Assembly: GCA_963765495.1 (NCBI GenBank)
Contig: CAVXWP010000015.1
Coordinates: 96,001 to 160,000 of the forward strand
Length of the DNA stretch: 64,000 bases
Reading direction: 5' to 3'
DNA from: Blastocatellia bacterium
Lineage (GTDB): Bacteria; Acidobacteriota; Blastocatellia; UBA7656
The first letter of the stretch is position 1. Every line of letters begins with the position of its first letter. The position numbers were made by a program, and so were the translations under genes. The notes below the pieces were generated by a model. It worked only from the letters and a program-made list of their open reading frames with translations, ran no database searches and was not told the origin of the DNA. This document shows, piece by piece, positions 29,868 through 40,233 of the stretch.

Positions 29868-31166
29868 ATGAGAGAACTCTTTTCACAAACCTGGTCCAAT
29901 CTGAGGGCTAACAAGCTCCGCAGCCTGCTGACGATGTTCGGCATCATGTGGGGAGTGATCTCAATCGTGATTCTGTCGGCGGTAGGCGAAGGCTTTCAGC
30001 GGGGCAATCAGGTTGTTCTGCGCGAGCTTGGCAAAAACATCATAATCATCAGGGACGGTCGAACGAGCATGCAGGCCGGCGGCGCACGCGCGGGCCGCAT
30101 CATTCGTCTCGATATAAACGATGTATATCTGCTCAAGAAAGAATCGAAGCTGCTGGAGAATATCTCGCCCGAGTTGATGGGCGGTGCGAGCGTCAAGAGC
30201 GCCTTCAATTCCAGTTCGGTAGGCATCAGCGGCGTTTGGCCCGTCTATCAGGATATTCGGACGATTGAGCTTGAGAAGGGCCGCCTGATGAATGAACTCG
30301 ACAACGAGCAGGCCCGGCGCGTCGTCATCATCGGCTATGACGCCTGCAAGCAGTTGTTCGCCGACCGCGACCCGCTTGGCGCTCAGGTAACGCTCAACGG
30401 TATTCCCTATGCGGTGATCGGGAAGATGCGAAAGAAGGAGCAGGATTCGAGCTACACGGGCGAGGACAACAGCCGGTTGTTTATTCCTTATGAGACGATG
30501 AGAAAGGATTTCCCGCTCTCCGGGAATATGCGAACCGCCGATTCGCTTTCGGCCATCATCGCTACGCCTTATCTGTATGTGACCGAAGGGCTGCGCAAGA
30601 AGATGGAGCAGGAAGGCAAGGGCATATTCGATAACAACGGCCCCGTTGAAACCGAGGTGCGGCAGATACTGACCCAGAGACACGATTTCGATGCGCACGA
30701 CGCGGAAGCGGTTTCGATGTGGAACACCACGGTAATGTCGGTGATGTTCGACAAGATGATAGGCGGTATGAGCGAATTTTTTATAGCCGTCAGCATCATC
30801 ACTCTGGCGCTCGGAGGCATAGGTGTTATGAACATCATGTTTATCGCCGTCAAAGAACGCACGCGCGAGATCGGGGTGCGAAAGGCTCTGGGCGCGACCT
30901 CCTTCAACATTCAGTTGCAGTTCTTAAGCGAAGGGCTTTTCCTGACTTTGTTGAGCGGCGCAATCGGTTTTGTAATCGGGGCGGGGCTCTGCAAACTTGT
31001 AAACCTCCTGCCGCTGCCCGCGAGGTTTTCGGGGATGATAATCACCTGGCAGATCGTAGCGTTTTCCATAGTCGCGCTCACGATGATAGGCGTGGCCGCA
31101 TCTACGATTCCTGCGCGCCGCGCCTCGCGCCTCGCGCCGGTCGAGGCGCTCAGATATGAGATGTAA
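29868..31166 (+). CDS. MacB/FtsX-family ABC transporter permease
   Basis: [36 protein letters not shown] and PVEALRYE motifs. Confidence 0.92.
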   Translation: MRELFSQTWSNLRANKLRSLLTMFGIMWGVISIVILSAVGEGFQRGNQVVLRELGKNIIIIRDGRTSMQAGGARAGRIIRLDINDVYLLKKESKLLENISPELMGGASVKSAFNSSSVGISGVWPVYQDIRTIELEKGRLMNELDNEQARRVVIIGYDACKQLFADRDPLGAQVTLNGIPYAVIGKMRKKEQDSSYTGEDNSRLFIPYETMRKDFPLSGNMRTADSLSAIIATPYLYVTEGLRKKMEQEGKGIFDNNGPVETEVRQILTQRHDFDAHDAEAVSMWNTTVMSVMFDKMIGGMSEFFIAVSIITLALGGIGVMNIMFIAVKERTREIGVRKALGATSFNIQLQFLSEGLFLTLLSGAIGFVIGAGLCKLVNLLPLPARFSGMIITWQIVAFSIVALTMIGVAASTIPARRASRLAPVEALRYEM

Positions 31167-31178
31167 GGAGAGATTCGG

Positions 31179-32435
31179 GTGATACTGAAGGAAGTTCTTC
31201 TCCAGGCGGTTTACGCGCTCATAAGCCACCGCCTCCGCGCTTTGATGACGATGTTCGGCATCGCGTGGGGAATCGTGACCGTGGTCCTGTTGATGGCCTA
31301 CGGCAACGGTTTTCACGATGCTATAGAGGCGGGGTTTCGCGGCGCTTTCTCTGACGGCACGGTAGTGATGTACGGCGGCCAGACAAGCTCGCAGGCGGGC
31401 GGCGAACGGGCGGGGAAGCGGATTCGCCTTGAAATGGATGATGTCGAGGCGCTGAGAGAACTCGGCGTCATCAAATTTGCAAGCCCCGAATATATACAGG
31501 ATTACCCCATCAGTTTCGGCAACCGGCAGACCTCCACCGCCGTGCGCGGGGTGGCCCCCGAATACGCCGTGATGCGAAACGAGCCCTCCGAATTCGGGCG
31601 CTTTATAAACGGCGAAGATATCGAAAAGCGGCGGCGCGTAGTCTTTCTTGGCTATGAAGTGGCGCGCAAAATATTCGGCAACAGCTATGCCGTGGGGCAA
31701 ACGGTTCGCATAGCCGGGATGTCTTTTGAAGTGGTTGGCGTGATGCCAAACAAGGTGCAGATGTCCACCTATTACATGCCGGATAAAAGCAGCGTCTTTA
31801 TCCCCTATACGACGGTCGGGCAATTGTGGAACGATCAGTATCTTTACACGCTGGTCTTTCAGACCGTGAACCCGTCGGATCAGCCTCGCGCCATCCGGCA
31901 GGTCCGCGAAACGCTTGCCGCGCGCCACGGGTTTGATCCCAAGGATGAGCGCGCCGTGCGAATGAACGATTCGGTAGAGAACAACCAGATGATAAACGGA
32001 ATCACAAACGGGCTGAAAGTGATCCTTGGTTTTATCGGCACGCTGACGTTGATGATAGGCGGCATAGGCGTGATGAATATCATGCTGGTTTCCGTGACCG
32101 AACGCACCCGCGAGGTCGGGATTCGAAAGGCTCTGGGGGCAAAGCGCCGCCACATCCTCATTCAGTTTCTGCTCGAAGGGATGGTTATAACCTTCTTTGG
32201 AGGAATCCTCGGAATCCTGTTGTCTTACCTTCTGGTGCTGGTGATCGGCGCTCGGCCATTCCTGGCCGAACTGCTTGACGACGTATCGCGCCAGACCGAT
32301 ATACACCTGTTGCTATCGGCCGACGTAGTGTTTACGGCGACGAGTATACTGATATTCGTAGGTCTCGTCAGCGGACTCTGGCCCGCCTTTCGCGCCTCGC
32401 GCATGGACCCTATAGAATCGCTTCGTTATGAGTGA
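31179..32435 (+). CDS. MacB/FtsX-family ABC transporter permease (paralog)
   Basis: TAAGGAG RBS; [28 protein letters not shown] and DPIESLRYE motifs. Confidence 0.92.
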   Translation: MILKEVLLQAVYALISHRLRALMTMFGIAWGIVTVVLLMAYGNGFHDAIEAGFRGAFSDGTVVMYGGQTSSQAGGERAGKRIRLEMDDVEALRELGVIKFASPEYIQDYPISFGNRQTSTAVRGVAPEYAVMRNEPSEFGRFINGEDIEKRRRVVFLGYEVARKIFGNSYAVGQTVRIAGMSFEVVGVMPNKVQMSTYYMPDKSSVFIPYTTVGQLWNDQYLYTLVFQTVNPSDQPRAIRQVRETLAARHGFDPKDERAVRMNDSVENNQMINGITNGLKVILGFIGTLTLMIGGIGVMNIMLVSVTERTREVGIRKALGAKRRHILIQFLLEGMVITFFGGILGILLSYLLVLVIGARPFLAELLDDVSRQTDIHLLLSADVVFTATSILIFVGLVSGLWPAFRASRMDPIESLRYE

Positions 32436-32511
32436 CAGGATTAACAAGATTTTATGCGATTCAAGAAGATTTCTGATCCTGAAAATCCTCTCGAATCCTG
32501 TTAATTCTGCC
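32433..32511. repeat. ACAGGATTA 9-mer-armed inverted element that begins with the permease TGA
   Basis: TGACAGGATTAACAAGAT ... GATCCTGAAAATCCTCTCGAATCCTGTTAATTCTG. Confidence 0.85.
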
Positions 32512-32578
32512 TGCGTGCATCCGGCTGAATAACGGCCCCATCTTGCCCCGATTTTTGGCGGCGGCTACAATACAACTG

Positions 32579-33190
32579 GTGAAATCAATAACTGTAGCCA
32601 TAAGCGGCGCAAGCGGCGCAATCTACGCGCAACGGCTCTTGATGCAACTCGAGGCAAGCGTCGAGGTGCGCCAGATAAATCTTGTAATCAGCGGGCCGGG
32701 CCGCCGCGTCATCAATGACGAACTCGATATCAGCGCGACCGCCGATTTAGAGCATCTGGTGGCCGAGATGATAGGCCACGCGCCTGCAAAGATCATCGCC
32801 TTTCACGCGGGCGATATAGGCGCTGCCATCGCTTCCGGGTCGTATCCGGTCGACGCAATGGTCATCATTCCGTGTTCGGCCTCTACGCTTGGCGTGCTGG
32901 CCTCCGGCTCGTGCCGCAACCTTTTGCACCGCGCCGCCGATGTCTGCCTGAAAGAGAATCGCCGCCTCGTCCTTGTCCCACGCGAGACGCCGCTCTCAAT
33001 GATTCACCTGGAAAACATGTTAAAACTGCGGCAGGCCGGAGCGATGATCGTGCCCGCGATGCCCGCGTTTTATCATCGCCCGATTGATATAAACTCTATG
33101 GTGGACCATTTCATTTACAGGGTGATGGACCACCTTGGCCTTGCGCATTCCGAGGAGACTGTCTGGCAGGGCGATCTACAAAAGATTTGA
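32579..33190 (+). CDS. ubiX: Flavin prenyltransferase UbiX
   Basis: ISGASGAIY, IASGS, PCSASTL, RAADVCLKE.R.LVLVPRETP and PAFYH motifs; GTG start. Confidence 0.93.
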   Translation: MKSITVAISGASGAIYAQRLLMQLEASVEVRQINLVISGPGRRVINDELDISATADLEHLVAEMIGHAPAKIIAFHAGDIGAAIASGSYPVDAMVIIPCSASTLGVLASGSCRNLLHRAADVCLKENRRLVLVPRETPLSMIHLENMLKLRQAGAMIVPAMPAFYHRPIDINSMVDHFIYRVMDHLGLAHSEETVWQGDLQKI

Positions 33191-33205
33191 GATTTGAAAA
33201 CAGAG
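33183..33205 (+). repeat. GATTTGA heptamer repeat; 23 bp identical to 61268-61290; contains the ubiX stop
   Basis: AGATTTGAGATTTGAAAACAGAG at both loci. Confidence 0.75.
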
Positions 33206-33242
33206 TTGAATTCCGGGAGTGCCGGGCAAAGTGAGATTGAGT

Positions 33243-34124
33243 ATGACTGTAGCTGAGCGACTTCGAATCACGCTCGAAATGATAAAGATCGAACACACGC
33301 TGTTTGCGCTTCCCTTTGCGTTTCTGGGCGCGGCGCTTGCCGCGCGTGACCTGCCCGCCGAGCCCGCGAGTTTCTGGATATGGAAGCTCCTCTGGATATT
33401 ACTGGCAATGGTTGGAGCGCGTTCGGCTGCGATGACTTTCAATCGAATTGCCGACCGCCACTTTGACGCTCAAAATCCGCGCACGGCAAACAGGGCTTTG
33501 CCCGCAGGGTTGCTCGACCTGAAATTTGCCTGGATATTTACCATGATTTCGTCGGCCATTTTCCTGTTTGCCGCCTATCAACTCAATCGGCTGACGTTTC
33601 TGCTTTCGCCTGTCGCGCTGGGCTCGGTGCTGCTTTATTCCTACACCAAGCGATTCACATTTGCATCTCACCTGTTTCTTGGCTGGTGTTTGTCGATAGC
33701 TCCGGCGGGCGCGTGGATAGCGATAAGAGGCGACCTGACGGCAGTGCCGTTGCTTTTGTCGCTTGCGGTGATGCTGTGGACCGCCGGGTTCGACATTCTC
33801 TATGCGTGTCAGGATTTTGATTTCGACAGGCGTGCGGGACTGCACTCCATCCCGCAGCGGTTCGGATTGAGCGGTGCGCTGTGGATTGCTCGCGGAATAC
33901 ACGCGTTGATGTTTATCGCGCTTGTGCTGCTGTTTCGCCTCGCGCATCTCGGATGGATGGGGATGGTCGGGGTCGCGGCTACGGGCGCGCTCCTTGTTTA
34001 TCAGCACAGCATAGTCAAATCCGACGATCTTTCCCGGCTCGACGCGGCCTTTTTCAATACCAACGCGATGGTGAGCATCATCTTGTTTGTCACTATGGCA
34101 AGCGACGCGCTCCTGCTCAATTGA
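33243..34124 (+). CDS. mqnP: UbiA-like polyprenyltransferase (MqnP type, futalosine menaquinone pathway)
   Basis: [52 protein letters not shown] and AFFNTN motifs. Confidence 0.75.
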   Translation: MTVAERLRITLEMIKIEHTLFALPFAFLGAALAARDLPAEPASFWIWKLLWILLAMVGARSAAMTFNRIADRHFDAQNPRTANRALPAGLLDLKFAWIFTMISSAIFLFAAYQLNRLTFLLSPVALGSVLLYSYTKRFTFASHLFLGWCLSIAPAGAWIAIRGDLTAVPLLLSLAVMLWTAGFDILYACQDFDFDRRAGLHSIPQRFGLSGALWIARGIHALMFIALVLLFRLAHLGWMGMVGVAATGALLVYQHSIVKSDDLSRLDAAFFNTNAMVSIILFVTMASDALLLN

Positions 34125-34172
34125 GCGAGCCGTGCTATAATTTCAAGTTTCAGATTCGAGATTAACCCGATT

Positions 34173-36089
34173 ATGTGCGGTATTTGCGGAGTCGTCGGCA
34201 GGACCGATGAACAGCTTATCAAAAACATGCTTTTGCGCATGGCCCATCGCGGCCCTGACGACGAAGGCGTTTACATAGCCGAAACCTCCGGGGGGGATCG
34301 GGTGGGGCTTGGCCATCGTCGGCTTTCGATTATAGATCTATCGGCCGGCGGCCACGAACCGATGTCTGACGCAGGCAAACAGGTCTGGCTCACCTACAAC
34401 GGAGAAATTTACAACTTCAAAGAGTTGCGCCGCGAGCTTGAGCATTGCGGCCATAGCTTTCGCTCAGAAAGCGACGCCGAAGTAATCATTTACGCTTACC
34501 TCGAATGGGGCCGCGCATTTCTTACAAGACTCAACGGCATATTCGCCTTAGCCATCTGGGATCAGCGCGATGAAAGCCTTCTGCTCGCGCGCGACCACCT
34601 GGGAGTCAAGCCGCTCTATTATACCGATACGCCCGCTGGTTTTGCCTTTGCCTCTGAGATCAAGGCATTTCTCGAAGTGCCGGGTTTCAAGCGCGAAGTC
34701 GATCTGGCCTCGCTCGATCAGTTCATGTCTTTCCTGTGGGTTCCAGATCCGAAGACCGCGTTTCGCGGAGTCTACAAGCTTCCGCCCGGCCACTACCTGA
34801 TCTATCGCGAAGGCCGCGCCGAGACAATCGAGTACTGGGACATCGAGTTTGACGAAGACGACTCGATAAGCGAGGCCGAGTGGGTGGAGCGCGTGCGCGA
34901 GCAAATAGAGCGCAGCGTCCGTGCGCAGATGATAGCGGATGTGCCGTTGGGCGCGTTTCTTTCGGGCGGGATAGATTCTTCAACAATCGTGGCCTTGATG
35001 TCTGAGACGGCAAATCGCAAGATCACGACCTACACGTTCGGGTTTAGTCAGGAAGATTTGCGTTACGACATACTCGAAGACGATGTGAAGTATGCGCGGA
35101 TCATCGGAGAGCAGTTTAATACGGATTACAGGGAAGAGTTTTTAGAGCCGCGCGTGATGGAGTTGCTGCCAAAGCTCGTCTATCACATGGACGAGCCGGT
35201 AGCCGATCCGGCGATCATAACCAGCTATCTGATCTGTCGGGAGGCGCGCAAACGGCTGACGGTTTTGCTTTCGGGGATGGGCGGCGATGAGGTCTTTGCC
35301 GGGTACCCGCGCCACCTCGCCGTGAAAGTAGCCGACGCCTATAACCTGATCCCTTCTTTTCTGTCGCGCCCGCTGGTTGCGGCGCTTCCCGGCGCTCGGC
35401 CCGGACGCTTTACGGCGCTCTTTCGCAATACGAAAAAGCTCGCGCGCTCGGCCGCTTTGCCCGAGCGCGAACGCTATCTTGGCTTTGGAACCTATTTCAC
35501 CGACCAGGAAAAAGGCGAACTCTATTCGGGAGAGATGGATCGCGTAGCGGGCGAGTGCGATGCTTACAGCGAGCACCGGAAATATTTTGATCGGGTGGCG
35601 GGCGAAGACTTCATAAACCAGATGCTCTACATCGATCTGAAGACATTTCTGCCTTGTCTGAACCTGACCTACACGGACAAGACGAGTATGGCAAGTTCCA
35701 TGGAAGTGCGCGTGCCCCTGCTCGATCACGAGCTTATAGAGATGACCGCCCGCATTCCTGCGCGGCTGAAGCTCAAGGGGCTTACCAGAAAATATATACT
35801 CAAGCGGGCGGCCGAGGCGTGGCTGCCGCGCGAAATCATCTACCGCAAGAAAGCCGGATTCAGCGCGCCCGTCAGAGCATGGCTTGTGCGCGATCTGCGC
35901 GACACGGTCGAGGACCTGTTGTCGGAAACAAATATTCGCAGCCGTGGATATTTTGATTACAAGCAGGTGCGGCGTCTGATCGACGAAAATCTTTCGGGCC
36001 GCGAAGACAACAGCCTGAAGATATTTCAACTCCTGACGCTCGAGCTATGGCATCGAGCCTTTATTGATAACGGAGCGACACAGACTTGA
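34173..36089 (+). CDS. asnB: Glutamine-hydrolysing asparagine synthetase-family amidotransferase
   Basis: MCGICG, HRGPD, HRRLSIID, NGEIYN, LSGGIDSS, SGMGGDE, EVRVPLLD and RKKAGF motifs. Confidence 0.93.
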   Translation: MCGICGVVGRTDEQLIKNMLLRMAHRGPDDEGVYIAETSGGDRVGLGHRRLSIIDLSAGGHEPMSDAGKQVWLTYNGEIYNFKELRRELEHCGHSFRSESDAEVIIYAYLEWGRAFLTRLNGIFALAIWDQRDESLLLARDHLGVKPLYYTDTPAGFAFASEIKAFLEVPGFKREVDLASLDQFMSFLWVPDPKTAFRGVYKLPPGHYLIYREGRAETIEYWDIEFDEDDSISEAEWVERVREQIERSVRAQMIADVPLGAFLSGGIDSSTIVALMSETANRKITTYTFGFSQEDLRYDILEDDVKYARIIGEQFNTDYREEFLEPRVMELLPKLVYHMDEPVADPAIITSYLICREARKRLTVLLSGMGGDEVFAGYPRHLAVKVADAYNLIPSFLSRPLVAALPGARPGRFTALFRNTKKLARSAALPERERYLGFGTYFTDQEKGELYSGEMDRVAGECDAYSEHRKYFDRVAGEDFINQMLYIDLKTFLPCLNLTYTDKTSMASSMEVRVPLLDHELIEMTARIPARLKLKGLTRKYILKRAAEAWLPREIIYRKKAGFSAPVRAWLVRDLRDTVEDLLSETNIRSRGYFDYKQVRRLIDENLSGREDNSLKIFQLLTLELWHRAFIDNGATQT

Positions 36090-36091
36090 TT

Positions 36092-36976
36092 ATGGCCGAA
36101 GACCTGAAAGCGCGTGTGAGAGATTTCTGGCAATCGAACCCTTGCGGGGCAAAGTTTGCCGAAGCCGAAATCGGTACGCGCGAATTCTTTGCTCGCCTAG
36201 AGCACCATCGTTACCAGACCGAATGGCACATTCTGGATGTGGTCGGCTTTGAAAAATGGCAAAACAAAGATGTGCTTGAAATCGGCTGCGGCCTCGGCAC
36301 AGACGGCGCGAGTTTTGCCCGCGCCGGAGCGCGATATACGGCCATTGACCTGACGGATAGAGCGGTAGAGCTTGCCCGGCGGCGGTTCGAATTCGAAAAC
36401 CTTGAAGGGAATATAAATGTAGGCGACGCCGAAAACCTCCCCTTTGATGATGCGAGTTTCGATCTGGTCTACTCGCACGGGGTTCTGCACCACACGCCCG
36501 ACACCCAGCGTGCGATCAACGAGGCTCACAGGGTTTTGCGCCCGGGCGGCACGGCGATTGTGATGCTTTATCATAAGAATTCTTACAACTACTATGTAAA
36601 CATCATGACGCTCAGAAAGATGGGCGTGCGGCTGCTCAGATTCGACTGGGGACCGGCCTTTGTGCATAGCCTCACGGGTGAAGATGAAGAGCGGCTGCGC
36701 GAACTTCAGCGTGTTTACAGGCAGAATGGAAAGCGATTGCTTTCGCGCGATGAGTTCCTGAATCAGAACACGGACGGCGCTGGCAATCCGCTAGCTCGCG
36801 CATACACCAGACGCGAGGCCCTAAAGATGTTTTCACGTTTCGGCAGGTCTCGCGCGGAAATCCATTTTTTGAACAAACGCTGGATACCTGTAATCGGCGG
36901 CCTGATCCCCCGCCCACTGGAACGGAAGCTCTCGCATCTGGCGGGCTGGCATCTGTGGATAATTGCTCAGAAGTGA
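36092..36976 (+). CDS. Class I SAM-dependent methyltransferase
   Basis: VLEIGCGLG, DAENLPF, FDLVYSHGVLHH and RVLRPGG motifs. Confidence 0.9.
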   Translation: MAEDLKARVRDFWQSNPCGAKFAEAEIGTREFFARLEHHRYQTEWHILDVVGFEKWQNKDVLEIGCGLGTDGASFARAGARYTAIDLTDRAVELARRRFEFENLEGNINVGDAENLPFDDASFDLVYSHGVLHHTPDTQRAINEAHRVLRPGGTAIVMLYHKNSYNYYVNIMTLRKMGVRLLRFDWGPAFVHSLTGEDEERLRELQRVYRQNGKRLLSRDEFLNQNTDGAGNPLARAYTRREALKMFSRFGRSRAEIHFLNKRWIPVIGGLIPRPLERKLSHLAGWHLWIIAQK

Positions 36977-36980
36977 AGAA

Positions 36981-37085
36981 TGATGCGTGATGCGTGATGC
37001 GTGATTTGCCGGACTTGCAGGTTGTTTTAACAGGCAGCCTGCCTGATAATCACGCATCGCGGATCGCGGATCGCGGATCACGCAT
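36981..37085. repeat. TCACGCA-family element ending immediately before the epimerase ATG
   Basis: (TGATGCG)x3 TGAT-core-ATCACGCA TCGCGGA TCGCGGA TCGCGGA TCACGCA T ATG. Confidence 0.9.
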
Positions 37086-38057
37086 ATGAAAAGTATTCTT
37101 GTAACAGGCGGAGCGGGTTTCATAGGCAGCCATCTGGTTGATTGCCTGATGGCCGAAGGTCGCGCACGCTTGACCGTCGTAGACAACTTCAACGATTTTT
37201 ATGATCCGGCGATCAAGCGGGCCAACGTAGCTCATCACGCAGGGAATGATAATTTCGAACTCATAAAAGCCGACATAACAGACGAGCGGGCGATGGGTGA
37301 ATTATTTGCCCGAGCGGGGTTTGACACGGTTGTCCATCTTGCGGCGCGAGCCGGTGTACGTCCCTCGCTTGACCGTCCGATGGATTACGAAGAGACAAAC
37401 GTGCGCGGCACTTTCTCGCTGCTTGAAGCCGCGCGCAGGTCCAGCGTTGAGCGCTTCGTATTCGGTTCGTCAAGCTCTGTTTATGGCGTGAATTCCAAAG
37501 TGCCTTTTTCCGAAGATGACCCGATAGCTCAAGCCATATCGCCCTACGCGGCCACGAAAATCGCGGGCGAAACGATTGCCCACGTCTACAGCCATCTGCA
37601 TGGAATGCGTGTAGTGTGTCTCAGATTCTTTACCGTTTATGGCGCGCGCCAGCGGCCCGATCTCGCTATCCATAAATTTGCCCGGTTAATCTCCGAAGGC
37701 CGACCCATTCAGATATTCGGAGACGGCACAGCGCGTCGCGATTATACTTACATTGACGACATCGTTTCGGGTGTGCTCGCGGCGATGAGCTATGACGGGA
37801 GCCTCTTTGAAATCATCAATCTGGGAGAATCCCAGACCATAGAACTTCTCCGGCTTGTGGAATTGTTGGAACAGGCGCTTGGCAAACGGGCCAGTATCGA
37901 ACATAAACCCATGCAGCCGGGCGATGTCCCGGTCACTTACGCAGACATAAGCAAGGCGCGAAAACTGCTCGGCTATGACCCGCAGACAAAGATCGAGACA
38001 GGCATAGGGAAGTTCGTCGAGTGGTTCAAACGTTATTACGCGGACCGGCTCGATTGA
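37086..38057 (+). CDS. NAD-dependent epimerase/dehydratase (UDP-glucuronate 4-epimerase-like)
   Basis: [43 protein letters not shown] and QPGDVP motifs. Confidence 0.9.
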   Translation: MKSILVTGGAGFIGSHLVDCLMAEGRARLTVVDNFNDFYDPAIKRANVAHHAGNDNFELIKADITDERAMGELFARAGFDTVVHLAARAGVRPSLDRPMDYEETNVRGTFSLLEAARRSSVERFVFGSSSSVYGVNSKVPFSEDDPIAQAISPYAATKIAGETIAHVYSHLHGMRVVCLRFFTVYGARQRPDLAIHKFARLISEGRPIQIFGDGTARRDYTYIDDIVSGVLAAMSYDGSLFEIINLGESQTIELLRLVELLEQALGKRASIEHKPMQPGDVPVTYADISKARKLLGYDPQTKIETGIGKFVEWFKRYYADRLD

Positions 38058-38123
38058 TTCATCCGCACTTGCCTCTGATTGACCGGGCGGTCTAGTATCT
38101 TCTGGCTGAGTGGTTGAGCGATT

Positions 38124-39140
38124 ATGAGGGAATACCAGTTAAAACCCGTAAGGAAGATTGAAAAGGCGGGCGAGGGACCGGAGATTTCCGTCTTCCTTCC
38201 TGTCTATAACGAAGAAGAGAACATCGAGCCGCTGCACTCGAAACTCACCCGCGCGCTTGAAGAGTTGGAACGCGCATACGAAATCATCTATGTGAATGAC
38301 GGCTCTGCGGATGACAGCCTCGCCCGGTTGCGCGAGATCGCTGCGCGAGACAATCGAGTGCGGGTGGTCGCTTTAAGGCGCAACTATGGTCAAACGGCCG
38401 CGATGAGCGCAGGCATAGATCATGCGCGCGGCGAGATATTGATCCCGATGGATGCCGATCTTCAAAACGATCCGGCAGACATAAGCCGCCTGCTTGAAAG
38501 GCTGGATGAGGGATACGATGTAGTGTCAGGCTGGCGCAAAGACCGCAAAGACAAATGGCTGACCCGGAGGCTGCCTTCACAGTTTGCCAACCGGCTGATC
38601 TCTTCGATAAGCGGCGTGTCGCTTCACGATTACGGCTGTAGCCTGAAGGCTTACCGGCGCGAGGTGCTGGCCGATGTGCGGCTTTACGGCGAGATGCATC
38701 GCTTCATCCCGATCTATGCCAGTTGGGCCGGTGCGCGAGTCACTGAGATACCGGTTACTCATCACCCGCGCCACGCGGGTAAATCGAAGTACGGGCTGTC
38801 GCGCACGATAAAAGTAATATTCGATCTCATCACAATCAAATTCATGTCCAGCTATCTGACCAAGCCGCTTTACCTGTTTGGCGCGGCGGGGTTGATCTGC
38901 CTCGGGGCTGCCTTAGTGTCGCTTGTCGGGGCGCTTTATTATAAATTCGTGCTCGACGTACACCTGAACCGCATGCCGCTTGCAACGCTCGCCATGATAA
39001 TGTTTGCAATGGGCATACAGTTTATCTTTATGGGATTGCTCGCGGAGATGATCGTACGCACCTATCACGAGTCTCAAGGCAAGCCCACCTATCTTGTTCG
39101 CGAATTGATCAACATCGAAGAAGACGACGAAGTAAAATGA
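38124..39140 (+). CDS. GT2 polyprenol-phosphate glycosyltransferase (ArnC/GtrB-like)
   Basis: PVYNEE, NDGS.D, RNYGQTAA, MDADLQNDP, DYGCSLKAY, GEMHRFIP and two C-terminal TMs. Confidence 0.9.
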   Translation: MREYQLKPVRKIEKAGEGPEISVFLPVYNEEENIEPLHSKLTRALEELERAYEIIYVNDGSADDSLARLREIAARDNRVRVVALRRNYGQTAAMSAGIDHARGEILIPMDADLQNDPADISRLLERLDEGYDVVSGWRKDRKDKWLTRRLPSQFANRLISSISGVSLHDYGCSLKAYRREVLADVRLYGEMHRFIPIYASWAGARVTEIPVTHHPRHAGKSKYGLSRTIKVIFDLITIKFMSSYLTKPLYLFGAAGLICLGAALVSLVGALYYKFVLDVHLNRMPLATLAMIMFAMGIQFIFMGLLAEMIVRTYHESQGKPTYLVRELINIEEDDEVK

Positions 39141-39988
39141 GTCAGGGCACTACGGCAGAAAGAAATACCGGCGTAGGCACCCGAGGACAGAGCAGAGAAG
39201 CAGGCACTTCTCAAACGCCTGCGCCCTCCTGTCCCTCCGGTCCCGGTTCGCGCATCCGCGTGATCGTGGCCGGGGTTGCGATTGATAATTTGAGCGAAGA
39301 TGAAACGCTTCGGGTGATAGACGACTTTATCGCGCTGAGAAAGCCACATTACATGTCGGTTGTGAACGCAGCCAAGGCAGTGGCGGCAAGCCGGGACGAG
39401 AGTTTGCGCGGCGTGTTGAATCGGGCCGATCTTGTGACCGCCGACGGCATGTCTGTGGTCTGGGCCTCGCGTCTGTTGGGCCGCCCGCTCAAGGCGCGTG
39501 TTACCGGCATCGATCTGTTTGAGAGGCTCGTAGCGCGGGCCGCCGCACGCGGGCTGTCGGTTTACTTTCTTGGCGCGCGACAGGAAGCGGTTCTCGCCGT
39601 GGTCGAGCGCTTCAAGCGAGAGCACCCCGACCTCCGCGTGGCCGGGTATCGCAACGGTTATTTCGACCGCTCGGAGTCGGCAAGGATTGCCGAAGAGATA
39701 AAACAGAGCCGCGCCGAACTGCTGTTTGTCGCTCTGGGGTCGCCCGCGCAAGAGCACTGGATTAGCGCGCATCTTGACCAAAGCGGTGTTCGATTCGCGC
39801 TCGGCGTAGGCGGAAGCTTTGACCACCTTAGCGGCTTTGCGCGCCGCGCGCCCGCCTGGATGCAGCGGATCGGGCTTGAATGGTTTTATCGCCTTATGCG
39901 CGAGCCTCGCCGGCTCTGGCGTCGCTATCTGGTGGGAAATACTGTTTTTTTGTGGCTGATCGCAAAACAGCTACTGAGCGGAAAATGA
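39137..39988 (+). CDS. WecB/TagA/CpsF (GT26) glycosyltransferase
   Basis: ADGMSVVWA, RVTGIDL, LG.P.QE.W, GVGGSFD, RAP.WMQ..GLEW.YRL..EPRRLW.RY motifs; ATGA overlap with the upstream gene. Confidence 0.92.
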   Translation: MSQGTTAERNTGVGTRGQSREAGTSQTPAPSCPSGPGSRIRVIVAGVAIDNLSEDETLRVIDDFIALRKPHYMSVVNAAKAVAASRDESLRGVLNRADLVTADGMSVVWASRLLGRPLKARVTGIDLFERLVARAAARGLSVYFLGARQEAVLAVVERFKREHPDLRVAGYRNGYFDRSESARIAEEIKQSRAELLFVALGSPAQEHWISAHLDQSGVRFALGVGGSFDHLSGFARRAPAWMQRIGLEWFYRLMREPRRLWRRYLVGNTVFLWLIAKQLLSGK

Positions 39989-40074
39989 TGCGTGAAGCGT
40001 GATGCGTGATCTTTGGACAATCACCTGTTGACAGTCTAATGGCTGATTTCACGAATCACGCATCACGCTTCACT
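39986..40074. repeat. TCACGCA-family element whose first TGA is the GT26 stop codon
   Basis: TGATGCG TGAAGCG TGATGCG TGAT-core-TTCACGAA TCACGCA TCACGCT TCAC. Confidence 0.88.
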
Positions 40075-40233
40075 CCTGTTGTGCGCGGGGCCTGATAGGG
40101 CTACAATCATGATGATTGGCGAGTGCGCCAGAGAGCAACGGCCTCTCGCCCTCAAATTAAATATCCTTTTAATCGCGCTCTCCGCATTTATAGCAGCATC
40201 ACAGGCAAAAAGATCATGGAAGGAGAGACTGAC

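Noticed and set aside
30924-32306. 460-aa minus-strand ORF, and similar long antisense ORFs (1210-2019, 35142-36029, 55530-56372)
   Set aside because: These are shadows of well-supported genes on the opposite strand and have no recognisable motifs.
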